DNA of 64,000 bases from Salisapilia sapeloensis CBS 127946 (lineage: Eukaryota > Protista > Oomycota), in NCBI GenBank assembly GCA_023334545.1, contig JAADVB010000050.1, forward strand, positions 1 through 64,000. The letters run 5' to 3'. The notes beneath the pieces were generated by a model that made no database searches, was not told where the DNA came from, and saw nothing but the letters and a program-made list of their open reading frames with translations. Position numbers and translations under genes: made by a program. Numbering within the stretch: position 1 is the stretch's first letter; every line of letters begins with the position of its first letter. This document shows positions 1-13,999 of this stretch, piece by piece.

Positions 1-1436
1 AACCCGAATGACTTTCGGCAATACACCACGATACGCTAGACACTAGTCCCGCCAAGACATAACAGAGGAACGGACGACATACGTGGATATGAATGTAAAA
101 GCTGAAAATGACGCACGAGTAGGATGAACTGCAAAAGACTTGGGCAGTGATATCAATTAAAACATATCCGTGTTTGTTTTGATAATACCCGGAATTTATT
201 TGCTTAATATTGGATTACCCGCTGAACGAACAAAGCCTTAAGTTTTCTCTGAGCTGGTCTGCGAAAGCAAAGTTGATTCTTCGCCAAACGCGGGCAATAT
301 GGAGCTCGAACTTATTTAATGAGTATTGGAGTTAATAAGTAAATGCCACAAAAAATGGCGCCGCCAAGAGCCGGCGAGGCGTGTGCAAGACAAATGACGT
401 CGCTCCGTCCAAGTCACAAACAAAAATTACACCGCGTCTCATGGGACAACAGACAGTGCACAGACTGCGGACGCAATCGGGTAGATCGAGAAAGCGCTAT
501 AAGCGCTCCACGATGAAATCGATCATCTTACTTAGGAATAAATCAAAAGCAATATATTTTTCTTTAAATTGTTCAATCTGTGTCATTTAAGATTACTGGA
601 ATACACACAGAATTATGTAGCTGAAGGTCCGAGGATAGAAACTGAACGCTCACGAGCAGAGTGGGGATAAAGCGAGTGCATATCCTATAATTTTGGTACC
701 CATGTCAAAGTGCACAAGAGCAGTAGCAGCACATGCTCACTGCGAAGATTCCGTTTAGATAACTATTATACACGTATTAGAGTGTCGTAAATGTGGATAC
801 ATTCATATTGAAAGATCGGAAGGTTTCTTATGCGCCGACCGTACTACTAACACAGACATGCAAAGAAATCAAGATAACCGCGGTTTCATCGCGAGTATCG
901 ACTTTGCGTTTGCACATGTCTCATAAACTATTAGTCCATACATCCAAGCGGAACATGACAATAGATCTGGAGGTCTAGGTTACCAAAGAAGAGATTTTTA
1001 CGGCACAGAGTGACTATCTTGTGCAGTATGAGAGATGTTTGTTTAGAGCGCTTGGCGACATGGAGGGCAGTGAGTCTCATCAGACAAATTCTTTTGAACT
1101 ACGTCGCGGAAAATTTAAACCGGAAATTCGACTCTGGATGGCATTAAGAGCTGCTAAAATCGATCCGTCCTATGAAGAAACTATGGAACGGAAGGCAACA
1201 TGACCCATGTATCCAACCTAACGTCTTCATAGTTTCTTATTCCTTCATGTAGAGATCTAATTCCACTATAAAGTGCCATGTTGAACGGGTGGTAAAATGT
1301 ATCTGCATGATGCTAAACAAAGCTAGGGAATTGTCGATAGCGCATACAATTGAGTTCACTCTTGCATGGTACAATTGATACGCAGATTTATAAATTTGCA
1401 AATATACACATGTCGACATAAAATCTTGGACCAATA

Positions 1437-2128
1437 ATGCTCGCCCAGCAGCAAGAAGTGGAAGCGGATGTACGTCTCATATACATGATAGACGGTAATA
1501 AATAAACTTATACTGTGTGTATAGGTCCGCAAGGAAGACCAGCAGCGTATCAATGAGTTTGGACGAAACAATGCGTCGCTGTATGAGCTCCGAGACAAGA
1601 AGAAGGCGCTCCAGGTAAGACTGCCTCCTTGTTCAGCTTCCAATAGTATCCATTCAATAAACAGACTATGCATGTATTAGGATAAACTAGACACGTTGGA
1701 TGATGCCAACACGGAGCTCATGATGGGTGAAGGCGACAATGTCCAGTACGTCCATTTCAGAGCTTTATCAGCCAATTGCTTGTAGCATCATATTCATTTT
1801 TCTGAATAATCGTAGGCTGTACATTGGTGAAAGCTTCGTGGACACGTCAGAGGAATCTGCACAGGAATATATTGAAAAGCTAGTTGAGGTACGCTCAGAC
1901 TGCATACATCTACCCTTTGTCTAATCTGACGTTGGACGATGCCGTAGAAAACGAATAAAGAGATGGAAGAACTGTCGGAGAAAGAGTCGACTCTAGAAAC
2001 TCGACAAAGCGTACGTCTAGTCTGATGTAAAGTATATAGATACATTGGTAACCTTGTGAGATGCATAGGCTTTGAAAAAGGTCTTGTATGGCCGATTCGG
2101 ACAGAGCATCAATCTCGAAGACAAGTAG
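1437..2128 (+). CDS. PFDN4: Prefoldin subunit 4 (multi-exon)
   Basis: Manual splicing across short GT-AG introns gives MLAQQQEVEAD-VRKEDQQRINEFGRNN...DDANTELMMGEGDNVQ-LYIGESFVD...ALKKVLYGRFGQSINLEDK*, the typical PFDN4/Gim3 signature. Confidence 0.9.
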
Positions 2129-2158
2129 ATCCATCCTGTCCACAAGCTTCCGACAAAT

Positions 2159-3679
2159 TTAACATGACGGACCTTTGACCCATTCATATCTCGCACTCTT
2201 TTCTTCTACTAAGACATTGGCCTCATGCCACTCAGATGCTGCCAATTGAGCCATTAGCTCTGGCAAAAGATCTTTCGATTCGTCATAACTTGATCCAAGG
2301 ATGTCCCATAAATCTGTCGCTTGATCCTTGGATTCTAATTGTCGTTGGGCACAGATAGCATGCAAGTTAGCAGCAATGATACCTCGACTCATTGCATCCT
2401 TCTCAAACGCCATGCGAACTTGAATGTTATTGTTTGACTCTGTCAAGCTGAGAATATAGCGCTCTTGATCAAATATCGATTGTAGTCGAGACAACTTCGA
2501 CATAGAACCTTGCGCAATGTCATATAACGATGCTTCAGTCTGGACATTAGACTTTGGATATAACGTATACGTTCTTCCGACAAGTGTCGAGACATAGCGC
2601 TCTTGCTCACACACATGGTCAATGTCTGGAATTGTCTTTTCATTGACGAAAGCGGATAGAACAAGATGCAAGCGCTGGAGGTTCAGTGTCTTGAGAGACA
2701 CGTAGCTCAGCGAACGATATAAAGTTATCATATGCACACCTGATAGTGCTGCAAATGCTACTAGGATTGACGTAGTTGCATCTCCAGTAGCTTGAGATAG
2801 GAGGATGCCGACTCCAGTGCCTACGACGGACGCTGCGATGCTCTGGGACCCAGCCTTCGCAGTGATATCTGCCAAGTTCTCGTGGGTTGCAAAGGCATAG
2901 TGTAAACCAGCACGAGTGGCACTGGCACTGAGCCACGAGATGTTTTTGGCTACATTTGCGAGTGACGCCATAGGTAGGAAGTAGGAAGGAAAGAGTGGTG
3001 TGAGTAGTTCGATTAGAATGGCGGCATCTAGTGCGATGGAAGAGGCAAAGCGCCATCGTTTTGGATCTGCGTCATATCGGTTATTGATAAAACCAGCAAA
3101 AAGCACACCACCGAATTGGCCTAGACCGTCTTTCAAAACCCAGTTCACTGCGGCGGCAGTTGGAATGGAGCCGGCGCCTAGACCGATGGCATACAAGAGA
3201 GACTGCATCGAGAGGACACCTGCTGCAGAGGATACGACAGAGGAAGCAAAATACCATTTGGCGTAGGGAATATAGTTGGATGGTACAGACGATTGATAGT
3301 CTTTTGGAAGGAAGAGTTCAGACATGGAAACCGACATGCGATGGGCTGATTCCGCCCAAAACTCTTTTGCTGCTTCCGTAGCGTTTGTACTGGCAGATTT
3401 ATGGCGTTGCAAGATATCTAGTAGAGGTTGCTTCGGTTCAACTACTTGTAAATCGTCCTTTTCTTCTTCATAGTTAGAGAGAGCGGTGGTAGCAGCTTGG
3501 TAAACTCGATGAGCACCATTGGATTTGTGCTGCTGCTTTGCAATCACATTTCCTTTGTTGCTACTGACAATAGAGCTTGCAACAAGTTTCTCAGAGCTTT
3601 TGTACCGAACTGAAGTCCAGCAAAGCTGCTGTAAGGTTCTACTTCGCTGTCTACGAGCAGTGGTCACCGTCCGGATCAT
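2159..3679 (-). CDS. RUS1/ROOT UVB SENSITIVE-like (DUF647/RUSF1) membrane protein
   Basis: 506-aa intronless ORF with family motifs FLPKDY..SV..NY..Y, NWVLKDGLGQFGG, DADPKRWR, ENLADITAK..SQ and L...TLN.QRL. The N-terminus is Arg-rich. Confidence 0.9.
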   Translation of the reverse strand: MIRTVTTARRQRSRTLQQLCWTSVRYKSSEKLVASSIVSSNKGNVIAKQQHKSNGAHRVYQAATTALSNYEEEKDDLQVVEPKQPLLDILQRHKSASTNATEAAKEFWAESAHRMSVSMSELFLPKDYQSSVPSNYIPYAKWYFASSVVSSAAGVLSMQSLLYAIGLGAGSIPTAAAVNWVLKDGLGQFGGVLFAGFINNRYDADPKRWRFASSIALDAAILIELLTPLFPSYFLPMASLANVAKNISWLSASATRAGLHYAFATHENLADITAKAGSQSIAASVVGTGVGILLSQATGDATTSILVAFAALSGVHMITLYRSLSYVSLKTLNLQRLHLVLSAFVNEKTIPDIDHVCEQERYVSTLVGRTYTLYPKSNVQTEASLYDIAQGSMSKLSRLQSIFDQERYILSLTESNNNIQVRMAFEKDAMSRGIIAANLHAICAQRQLESKDQATDLWDILGSSYDESKDLLPELMAQLAASEWHEANVLVEEKSARYEWVKGPSC

Positions 3680-3709
3680 GTCTTATGGTAAAATGAAGAG
3701 ATCAAAAGT

Positions 3710-3723
3710 GAAATGAAAAATGG
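3710..3723 (-). promoter_or_regulatory. Oomycete INR-FPR core promoter element upstream of the RUS1-like gene
   Basis: The minus strand reads CCATTTTTCATTTC, matching YCATTYBNNNWTTY, 30 nt upstream of the ATG at 3679. Confidence 0.6.
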
Positions 3724-3785
3724 CTATTTTGAACTTTAGTTTCCACTGGTTTTCAACATGGCCCAAGTCTTCTTAACGATCCGAG

Positions 3786-4073
3786 ATGAAGAAGTCGGAA
3801 CTCATTCAGCACTTGTACAAGACAGCACAGACTGTAACGGACCGCAAAAAGCTCACGAAACTTCATGTGGGTGCCGTGACACAAGAGCTTATTAACACGC
3901 TTGCACGCGACTTGCGTGAAGACGGCAGTGCGTCTCTCAGCGGATTCGGTCGATTTGACATTGCCAAGACGACGGGCATGATCAAGTTCACGCCTTCTAC
4001 TAAGCTCATGGACAAGATTGATGGTGATGTCTCGACAGCCTCAGACAATCACTCTGATGACGACGATGAATAA
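3786..4073 (+). CDS. HU/IHF-family (bacterial histone-like) DNA-binding protein, shortened arm, acidic C-terminal tail
   Basis: 95-aa intronless ORF. MKKSELI matches HU helix 1 (MNKxELI), the central helix is followed by SLSGFGRFDI (LxGFGxF), and KFTPSTKL matches the terminal FxPxKxL strand/helix. Confidence 0.75.
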   Translation: MKKSELIQHLYKTAQTVTDRKKLTKLHVGAVTQELINTLARDLREDGSASLSGFGRFDIAKTTGMIKFTPSTKLMDKIDGDVSTASDNHSDDDDE

Positions 4074-4174
4074 AACATCCTTGAACGTAGCAAGTTCATC
4101 AATACAGCAGATACGATAAACGAAAAGAATGAAAAGCATGTAAATCGTCGATATTGGTCACTACATTCTTCTTT

Positions 4175-5169
4175 CTATGCGAAGTTAATCCACGCTCGCC
4201 ACAGACCAACCACGGATTCTGTGAAGCAGCAGAATGCGATCAGAGGTTCTACATGTGCATAGGATAAGTACAATCGAGCGAGTTTATAGTCAAGTAGCTG
4301 GACCTGGGAAGACACCACCGTCGACAGACCAGTGAATGCTCTCTGTAAAGTAGCAGGCATTCCGGAGTTGCACATAGTAGAGCTCACGTCGTCTGTATCA
4401 CTTTATCAATATGCAATTCGTTATTAGAAAAGGTAGTGCATAGACGCCTACCGTAGGCGAATCTCAGACAGCATGGCTTGTAGCTATTGATAGAATAAGG
4501 TCATGGCTTTGAAGTAGCTGGCATTAAGCTAAAAAAGCTGTACCTCTTCGGTCTTAATGTCCTTGGACGCCATGGCCTGCTTCTCCTTCTCCTTCAGTGC
4601 ATTGATACTAGGAGTGCATATAGGATAAACAATAGACAATGAATGAGTCAGGAAGCTGAGTACCGTTGATAGTTGATGTACATGTCCAAGACAATGTACA
4701 TGGCCCAGATGACACAGGACTGGCGAGAGTACCTGTCTGCGTCCACTTTCAACAGCTTTGGTGCTCTACAAGATGGACATTAGTATGATGGTAGTGGCGC
4801 GAATACAATCTCAAGGGGATTTTCGTACACGTAGCCAATGTACGAGACGTGTTCGAGAGGGTGGTACAAGAGCATGCTGTACGCTTGCAATCGCACCAAG
4901 TTGCGAATGTCTTTGCTATCGTCTGATAGGCACCAAGAGTCTCGTTGGAGAGCTTCGTAGGCTTCAAACGTCCCGGGGAAACGGAGGATGTAACGAGCCA
5001 TGCTGATGCTACCCGCGAGCTGCTGGAGGCCGACGGCTGTGTCGCCATGCTTAGGGGAAGAGTGTGCGAGGACTCGTCCGAGAGCACCGCAGGTATACGC
5101 GATCGTTTTGCATAGCTTGTCGGCACGGCCTGCCGAGGCGGTGAACGCTACCAGCTTGGCTCCCTCCAT
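4175..5169 (-). CDS. PEX11: Peroxisomal biogenesis factor 11 (PEX11) family, multi-exon
   Basis: N-terminal GRADKLCKTIAY, SMARYILRF and YHPLEHVSYIG. The spliced 3' end reads SIHWSVDGGVFPEPLIAFCCFTESVVGLWRAWINFA*. Confidence 0.8.
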
Positions 5170-6372
5170 GATGTGTTTACTCGACTTGCTGTTAAGTGGT
5201 TTGGCCCGTCACGACTTTTCAAGATACCGATGGAGGAAGTTCGTTTCAAAGGCCGTAGAGGACCTCTGTGTTCCTATCGTGGTTGCCTGTAAGCGTGGAA
5301 TAGATTCTTTTAGGCGGATTCAGACATTGAGTGTTTGGATATCACGTATATAGCAATAAGAGTCCAAGTTTCCACTTCGAAAAGAGGAGTATCTATCATA
5401 ACTAGATGTATCCCAATGCTAACGCTGGCAAGCATTGAACCCAAGGTCATAAATTCGTCCTTGTAGTGCTGAATGGAGCTGTCAAGATGAAATAAAGAGT
5501 CTGCTATGGAGTTGACCACTTTAGGTAGTAGCTATAATGCATTCATCCGAAGTAATACTTGAAGATGTTCGTCTGTGGATCTATCTAGCAACTCGATCCT
5601 TGTCTTTATTTGAAGATACAATCAACCATGTGATGAGGTCACACAAAGGCTGTATCCGTTATCCTAAGTCGTATCTTCTGGGTACCTTTGTCAGGTGCAG
5701 GTACGACATGCATAGAGCGTTGACTTTAGCATTCTGCGTATCCATACGATTCCTTGCAAGTAGCATGTCAAGATGAGATGATGACGATTATATCCTCTAC
5801 GCTATGCTCAAAAGAGAACGTCTTTTATTTGAGTGTCCAGCACATGCCTCGATGTTATTGATAAACTTGAAGCCGGTACGAAGAGCTAGTTTCAGTTGTC
5901 AGATAGAAAATTAATCACCTCCAAGCATTAGCATACATCTATTAAATTGATCTGCTCGCATGTCGTACAATAGGAATCGTATGATAGGAGAATGCCGAGT
6001 ACCAGGACGGATGTGCAGACTTGTACAAGCTCCATTTCGTTATCGTAAACCAGAAACACGTGCTAGCGTACTACTCATCAAGTACCTCGTACAAACGGTA
6101 CGGTCGGTCTTTCTGATTTAAATTGATGACACCTCCGAATACGCCTCATTCAAGGCCGATGCCGCTCCCGTCCCAAGTTAAAATCAAGTTGGACCTCCCA
6201 TGTCAACATGGATGGAACGTCATTGGAGCGGCGCAAAATTTACCAGCCGCATTCGGCCCACGAAATGACGAAGCGGATGAGGTGTAGAACGTGGCTGAGA
6301 ATCACCTGTTGCGTGGGTAGACATGTCCGCATGTGCCCACTAGCCAATTTATTCACGTGCAGCTCAAGTCCC

Positions 6373-6971
6373 ATGTATCGCGACGGGTATTTGATCAAGT
6401 GTGGCGACGTACCAGTATGCCTTCTATCTATTTATATGACCACTACTTCATTCTAATGGTCATCTAGCGTGTCTACTTTTGTGTCTTTGGCGATGGCAAA
6501 ATTCAGATTTATTCTGAAAAAGGAGGTTCGCTCGTGAGTGAAGTGTCCTTGGCGGGTAGTATCACCAAAGTTCGTGTCGAAAAGGCTGATCAAAACAAAC
6601 TGCCATATCGATTCACCGTTTCGACCGCAGCCGTCTTGCGCGTCGAAGGTCGTCGTATGAAAGTCGGCGAGACACAAACGACGGAATTTGCAGCACCTAG
6701 CAACGTCTTGATGAAAGAATGGGCAAATGCATTGCATCTATGGAAACGTATGAATTGGAAGGAAGATGTCAAGTTTTTTACTGGCGAAGGCGAGTTATCT
6801 CACCTTGACGAGCGCGAACTATTGCGGCATCACTTGAAAGCCCATGAATGCCCTCCCACTAGTTTACCACACAAGACGACATTTATTCGTCGACTCCCAC
6901 TCCGATCTCCTGCAAGCGTACAAAAGCTCAAGGAACGCGTGATGAGGACAGCTCGTGCCAAGTGCATCTAG
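6373..6971 (+). CDS. PH-domain protein
   Basis: Exon 1 MYRDGYLIKCG is spliced to RVYFCVFGDGKIQIYSEK...YRFTVST...EFAAPSNVLMKEWANAL, which fits the PH beta1-beta7 strands and the C-terminal helix with its conserved Trp. Confidence 0.75.
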
Positions 6972-7055
6972 GCACGTCCATCGTATTTGTCGTATAATCT
7001 CCAATGCAACGTACAAGAAAAGAAACGAGATTCGTATTGATGCTTTTCGTTCAAG

Positions 7056-9733
<2,678 letters not shown>

Positions 9734-9765
9734 AAGAAAAACTCTCTTTCTTTTCTTTCTCTCGT

Positions 9766-11081
9766 CTACTTCCATAGCTTGTTCATCGACATGTTCTGCT
9801 CCGAATCCTTCTTCATGACCTTGCTCACAGCCATTTCAAAGTCTTCTTGCGTCACATGAATACGACGTTCTCGCAGAGCAAACATACCAGCTTCCGTACA
9901 CACGGCCTTACACTCGGCACCAGACGCCGTCGGCATCTTCTCCGCAATCACCTTGAGGTCGATACCACGCAGCAGATTCATCTTGCGCGAGTGAATGCGC
10001 ATGATATCCATACGCGAAGCCTCCGTCGGGTTCGGGAACTCAATCTTACGATCAATACGTCCAGGACGGAGCAATGCTGCGTCAAGAATGTCGATTCGAT
10101 TAGTCGCCATGATCACCTTGATGTTTTGCGCCGGCTCGAACCCATCGAGTTGATTCAAGAGCTCAAGCATCGTGCGCTGGACTTCCGAGTCACCTCCGCC
10201 ACCTTCTTGACGAGACGATCCGATACTGTCGATTTCGTCCATGAAGATGATAGAAGGAGACGCTTCTCGTGCCATGACGAAGAGCTCGCGAACCATACGC
10301 GAGCCTTCGCCAATGTACTTTTGCACGAGCTCTGCACCGGACACACGGATGAACGTACAGTCCGTGTGATGCGCGACAGCACGCGCGAGAAGCGTCTTAC
10401 CTGTACCCGGGGGTCCGTAAAGGAGGACACCCTTCGGTTGAGCGACACCGAGAGCTTCGAAGAGCTCTGGGTGTTTGATAGGGAGCTCAATGACTTCCTT
10501 GATCTCCCGGATCTGTTTGTCCAGACCTCCGATCATGTCGTACGTCGAGTCCGGGACCTTTTCGACCTTCATTAGACTCACGAGCGGATCCACCTTGGTC
10601 GGAAGAATCTTATGCAGGACGTAGCTATCGTTACGTAGGGCGACACGGGTGTTCGGAACACACTTGTTCACATCAATAGCCTTGTCTACATCGACAACGT
10701 ACTTGCCTTCGGGATTGACCTACGTGTATGGTGAATAGGAAGATGCATACAGAGTAGATGTCGAGCATACCTTGACAAGCACTTTTTCTTTGCCCATTTG
10801 CTTTACGACTTCACCGACGTAAGAACCAGGTTCCTGAAGTAGCTGCAATTCTTCACGTAAGAGACGAACTAGGAGGGAGTTAGCATCGAGTCGGATGGAG
10901 AAAAATAGTGAAAGATCGCACCTCGTGAATTCAGCTCATTTCGCTGCGCCTGGAGTCGACGGAGGTTCTGCGTCTTGTCACGCACCGTGAGCTCGAGGTG
11001 CTCGATCTTCTGCTGATAATACTGCGTCAGACCTTCGCTCTCCGCCGCCTTCGCACCGGTCTTCTCCATCGATACCGCCAT
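9766..11081 (-). CDS. PSMC5: 26S proteasome AAA-ATPase subunit RPT6
   Basis: Walker A GPPGTGKT, Walker [27 protein letters not shown]-terminal MSMNKLWK and an N-terminal coiled-coil exon ([10 protein letters not shown]...[11 protein letters not shown]). Confidence 0.97.
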
Positions 11082-11201
11082 CTTCTTGTTCTTTATGCTT
11101 ACACAAGTCGTTCGTTGTTCGTTGTGGTGATTGGAAGATAATGATTTTTGAGAGATTGGATTGGTGTAAAATAGTTTGGACACATATTTTGACACGAAAG
11201 C

Positions 11202-12967
11202 ATGGAAGTGGAGGCGAGTGATGCGATTCGACTTGTACTGCAGTTTCTACGGGAAAATAGTCTCTTGGAAACGATGAGGACGTTGCAGCAAGAGTCTCAA
11301 GTTAGCTTGAATGCAGTCGAGTCCGTGGATGACTTTTTAAAAGCGATGAAAGAGGGGAAATGGGATGCTGTCCTCCAGCAGACGTCGGCTTTGGCGTGTA
11401 GCTCTGCTGCAATGATGGATTTGTATGAACAAGTGGTGCTAGAAATGATTGAGCTCAAAGAGAAAGATGTTGCCCAAAGGCTATTGCGATCAACGCCTCC
11501 AATGGAGCAGATGAAGCAGCAACAGCCAGAACGGTAGGTCCGAATGCGCTATACACAAATCGTACTTCTCACTTATCGGACTCTAGATACCTGAAACTGG
11601 AGAAACTAGCACAAGCGGCAATCTTTGATCCCGAAGCTGCTTACAGTGGCTCTACGAAGCAAGCACGACGGCAAGAGCTTGCCCAAAAGTTCCAAAGTGA
11701 GGTACATCCTCTGTTTTCCTCCTTTTTGTATCATTTCTAACCAACGATATGACAGGTGACAACTGCAGCTCCATCTCGTTTGCTTACATTGTTAGGAGAA
11801 GCTCTTAAGTATCAACAGCTACAGGTAGCTACCTATCTGTCTTTGTGTTTGTATCGACTAACAGTCTACATATAGGGTCGATTGCCAGAAGGAAGCGACT
11901 ACGATCTATTCAACGGTACAACAAAAGCCGCGATCGTCGAGCACGTAGATAAAATCGTCAAGAAACCTCTGAGCAAAATCAAGTTTGCCAAGTCGTCCCT
12001 ACCACAGTCAGCAGCCTTCACACGAGACGGTAGGATGCTCGTCACTGGCTCGAAAGATGGCTTCGTGGAAGTCTGGGACTTTGATAAAGGCACTTTACGT
12101 AAAGATCTCGCGTACCAAGCCAACGTATACTCCATAGTAATATCCTGTTATATTGTGTATTCATGTAGTACAACGTAGGACGAGTTTATGATGCATGACA
12201 AGGCTGTGACTGCAATGGATTTTAGCCGCGATGGAGAGATGCTGGCGACGGCTAGTGAAGACGGACAAGTCAAGGTCTGGAAGTTATCTACTGGCGTCTG
12301 TCTACGTCGCTTTGAGCATGCACATAACCAGACGATCCACAGCATAACGTTTTCCTACGACGGTTCTCAGCTTTTGACTGGTGCATTTGATCATCTCATT
12401 CGTGTTCATGGTCTCAAGTCAGGTCGAACACTAAAGGAGTTTGCCGGTCACGATGGCTACGTTAACTCTGCTTTCTACTCTTCAGACAATGGACGTATTA
12501 TCTCTGTCGCGAGTGATGGCAAGATAAAGCTGTGGGATGCTAAAACAGGCGAATGTATCAGTACGATCGAAGCTCCGAATAACGAGACGGGGTTGGAAGT
12601 GGAGATCGTCCAAGCACATTTGATACAGGATAGCGGCAAGACAAAGGATGAGCTAGTTGTGTGTACGCAGACGAAAGAGATGTTCCGAATGTCCATGCGA
12701 GGGGACGTGACTGTCACGTACAAAGCAGAGGATGTGACGATACCGAACGTTGGAGCGTTCGTTTCGTCGTACGTGTCTCCACGACAAAAGTATGTGTATG
12801 GCATCACAGACAAGGGGTATCTGCTTTGTTTCCATCTCGACAGTGGGGATCTAGCGCATTGTATGCAGATTAGTAAGTCGAATCCACTTGGCCTGCTGCA
12901 TCATCCGCATCGAAATCTTGTTGCAACGTACGCAAGTGATCGATACGTCCGCGTGTGGAAAGCATAA
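11202..12967 (+). CDS. SMU1: WD40 repeat-containing protein SMU1 (LisH/CTLH + WD40)
   Basis: [58 protein letters not shown], and C-terminal [11 protein letters not shown]. Confidence 0.95.
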
Positions 12968-13102
12968 AGCGAGACGGAATATAAAGAAGGAAGATAAATG
13001 ATGCTGTGCATGGTTACGTTTCATTTAGTGCTTGTTCTAGTATACTTTCGTTGTCGTTGTCGTGTTCTATCGAGATGGATGCATAACTAAGGTTGGAATT
13101 GG

Positions 13103-13938
13103 TTATGTGGATGCGAAACTACCATGCTGAGGAGCAGGAGACTGAGTGGAGTGTTTTGCACCTTCATCTTTCGACTTCTCTGGAGACTATATAGCCGTAT
13201 GCAATTAGGTACTTATTAGTAGGGAACAAGGATGATAATCTTGATACCTCATGGACGTCTTCTTTCTTCTCGTGTGCTTGATTTGTGGAAGCTATATTGC
13301 AAGAGGTGAAAAGGAAAAAAACTACTATAAATCAATGCGAATAGATACCTTCCTTTTGCTGCTGTAAGTTGACGACAATGTTGTAGAGGAGCGGAACCTT
13401 GGTCAAGTATGGGTCCTCCGTCACTACTTGATAGAGTTCGCATCAGGTGTGCGTTCATCAACGATGAAAGTGAATGTACCGTTTAGTTCTGCAGCAAGGA
13501 ATTCACGTGGAAGTACTCGATCGACTGGTTGACCTGATTCTATCGATAGGTTTGAGTTGCTTGAAAGCATACATGAAGACATGTCCAAGGTCATACCTGG
13601 CATGAAGACGGATAGTGTGTGTCGATAGCCATTGTATTCGAGGTATTCTCGAATGAGTTCGTTCACGATCAGATTCTCATTAGACAACTTTGGTGCTGGT
13701 ACTTCCTATTTTCCTCCTTAGATACGTCTAAGCAAGATAAGACATGCCACTTCGTACCTGGTCATCAAGCGACGCAAAGATTTCGGCACGTATACGAGCT
13801 TTGATTTGCCCCAAAGAACCACGTGCATGCAGTGCTTCTTTTAAAACTACGCTTGGCTTTAACTATTTGCTAGATACGTACATATGCAATCAGCTTACCG
13901 TCTTTAAGCTCCGATAGCGATGCTGCTCCAGAGTCCAT
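13103..13938 (-). CDS. CEP20: FOR20/FOPNL (CEP20)-like LisH-domain centrosomal/basal body protein, multi-exon
   Basis: Spliced: MDSGAASLSELKD-VLKEALHARGSLGQIKARIRAEIFASLDDQ-...LSNENLIVNELIREYLEYNGYRHTLSVFMPESGQP, followed by VPLLY. The 3' exons are less certain. Confidence 0.85.
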
Positions 13939-13999
13939 TGGTATGTGTCTCTTCGAGATCGGAAGATTTGGATACATGTTCAGAACAATTTATTCGAGA

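Noticed and set aside
1-1430. Short ORFs at the window start as a possible transposon remnant or upstream gene
   Set aside because: I found no transposase, RT or integrase motifs, no terminal repeats, and no consistent exon chain.
3786-4073. HU-like gene as bacterial contamination or part of a viral insertion
   Set aside because: It is flanked within about 100 nt by eukaryotic genes with eukaryotic promoter motifs, its composition resembles its neighbours, and no other bacterial or viral genes or insertion boundaries are present.
5776-5880. Box C-like ATGATGA in the PEX11/PH intergenic region
   Set aside because: There is no downstream CTGA box D or terminal stem, so a snoRNA is not supported.
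5200-6370. Short ORFs between PEX11 and the PH gene
   Set aside because: I could not assemble a coherent spliced frame or recognise any motif.
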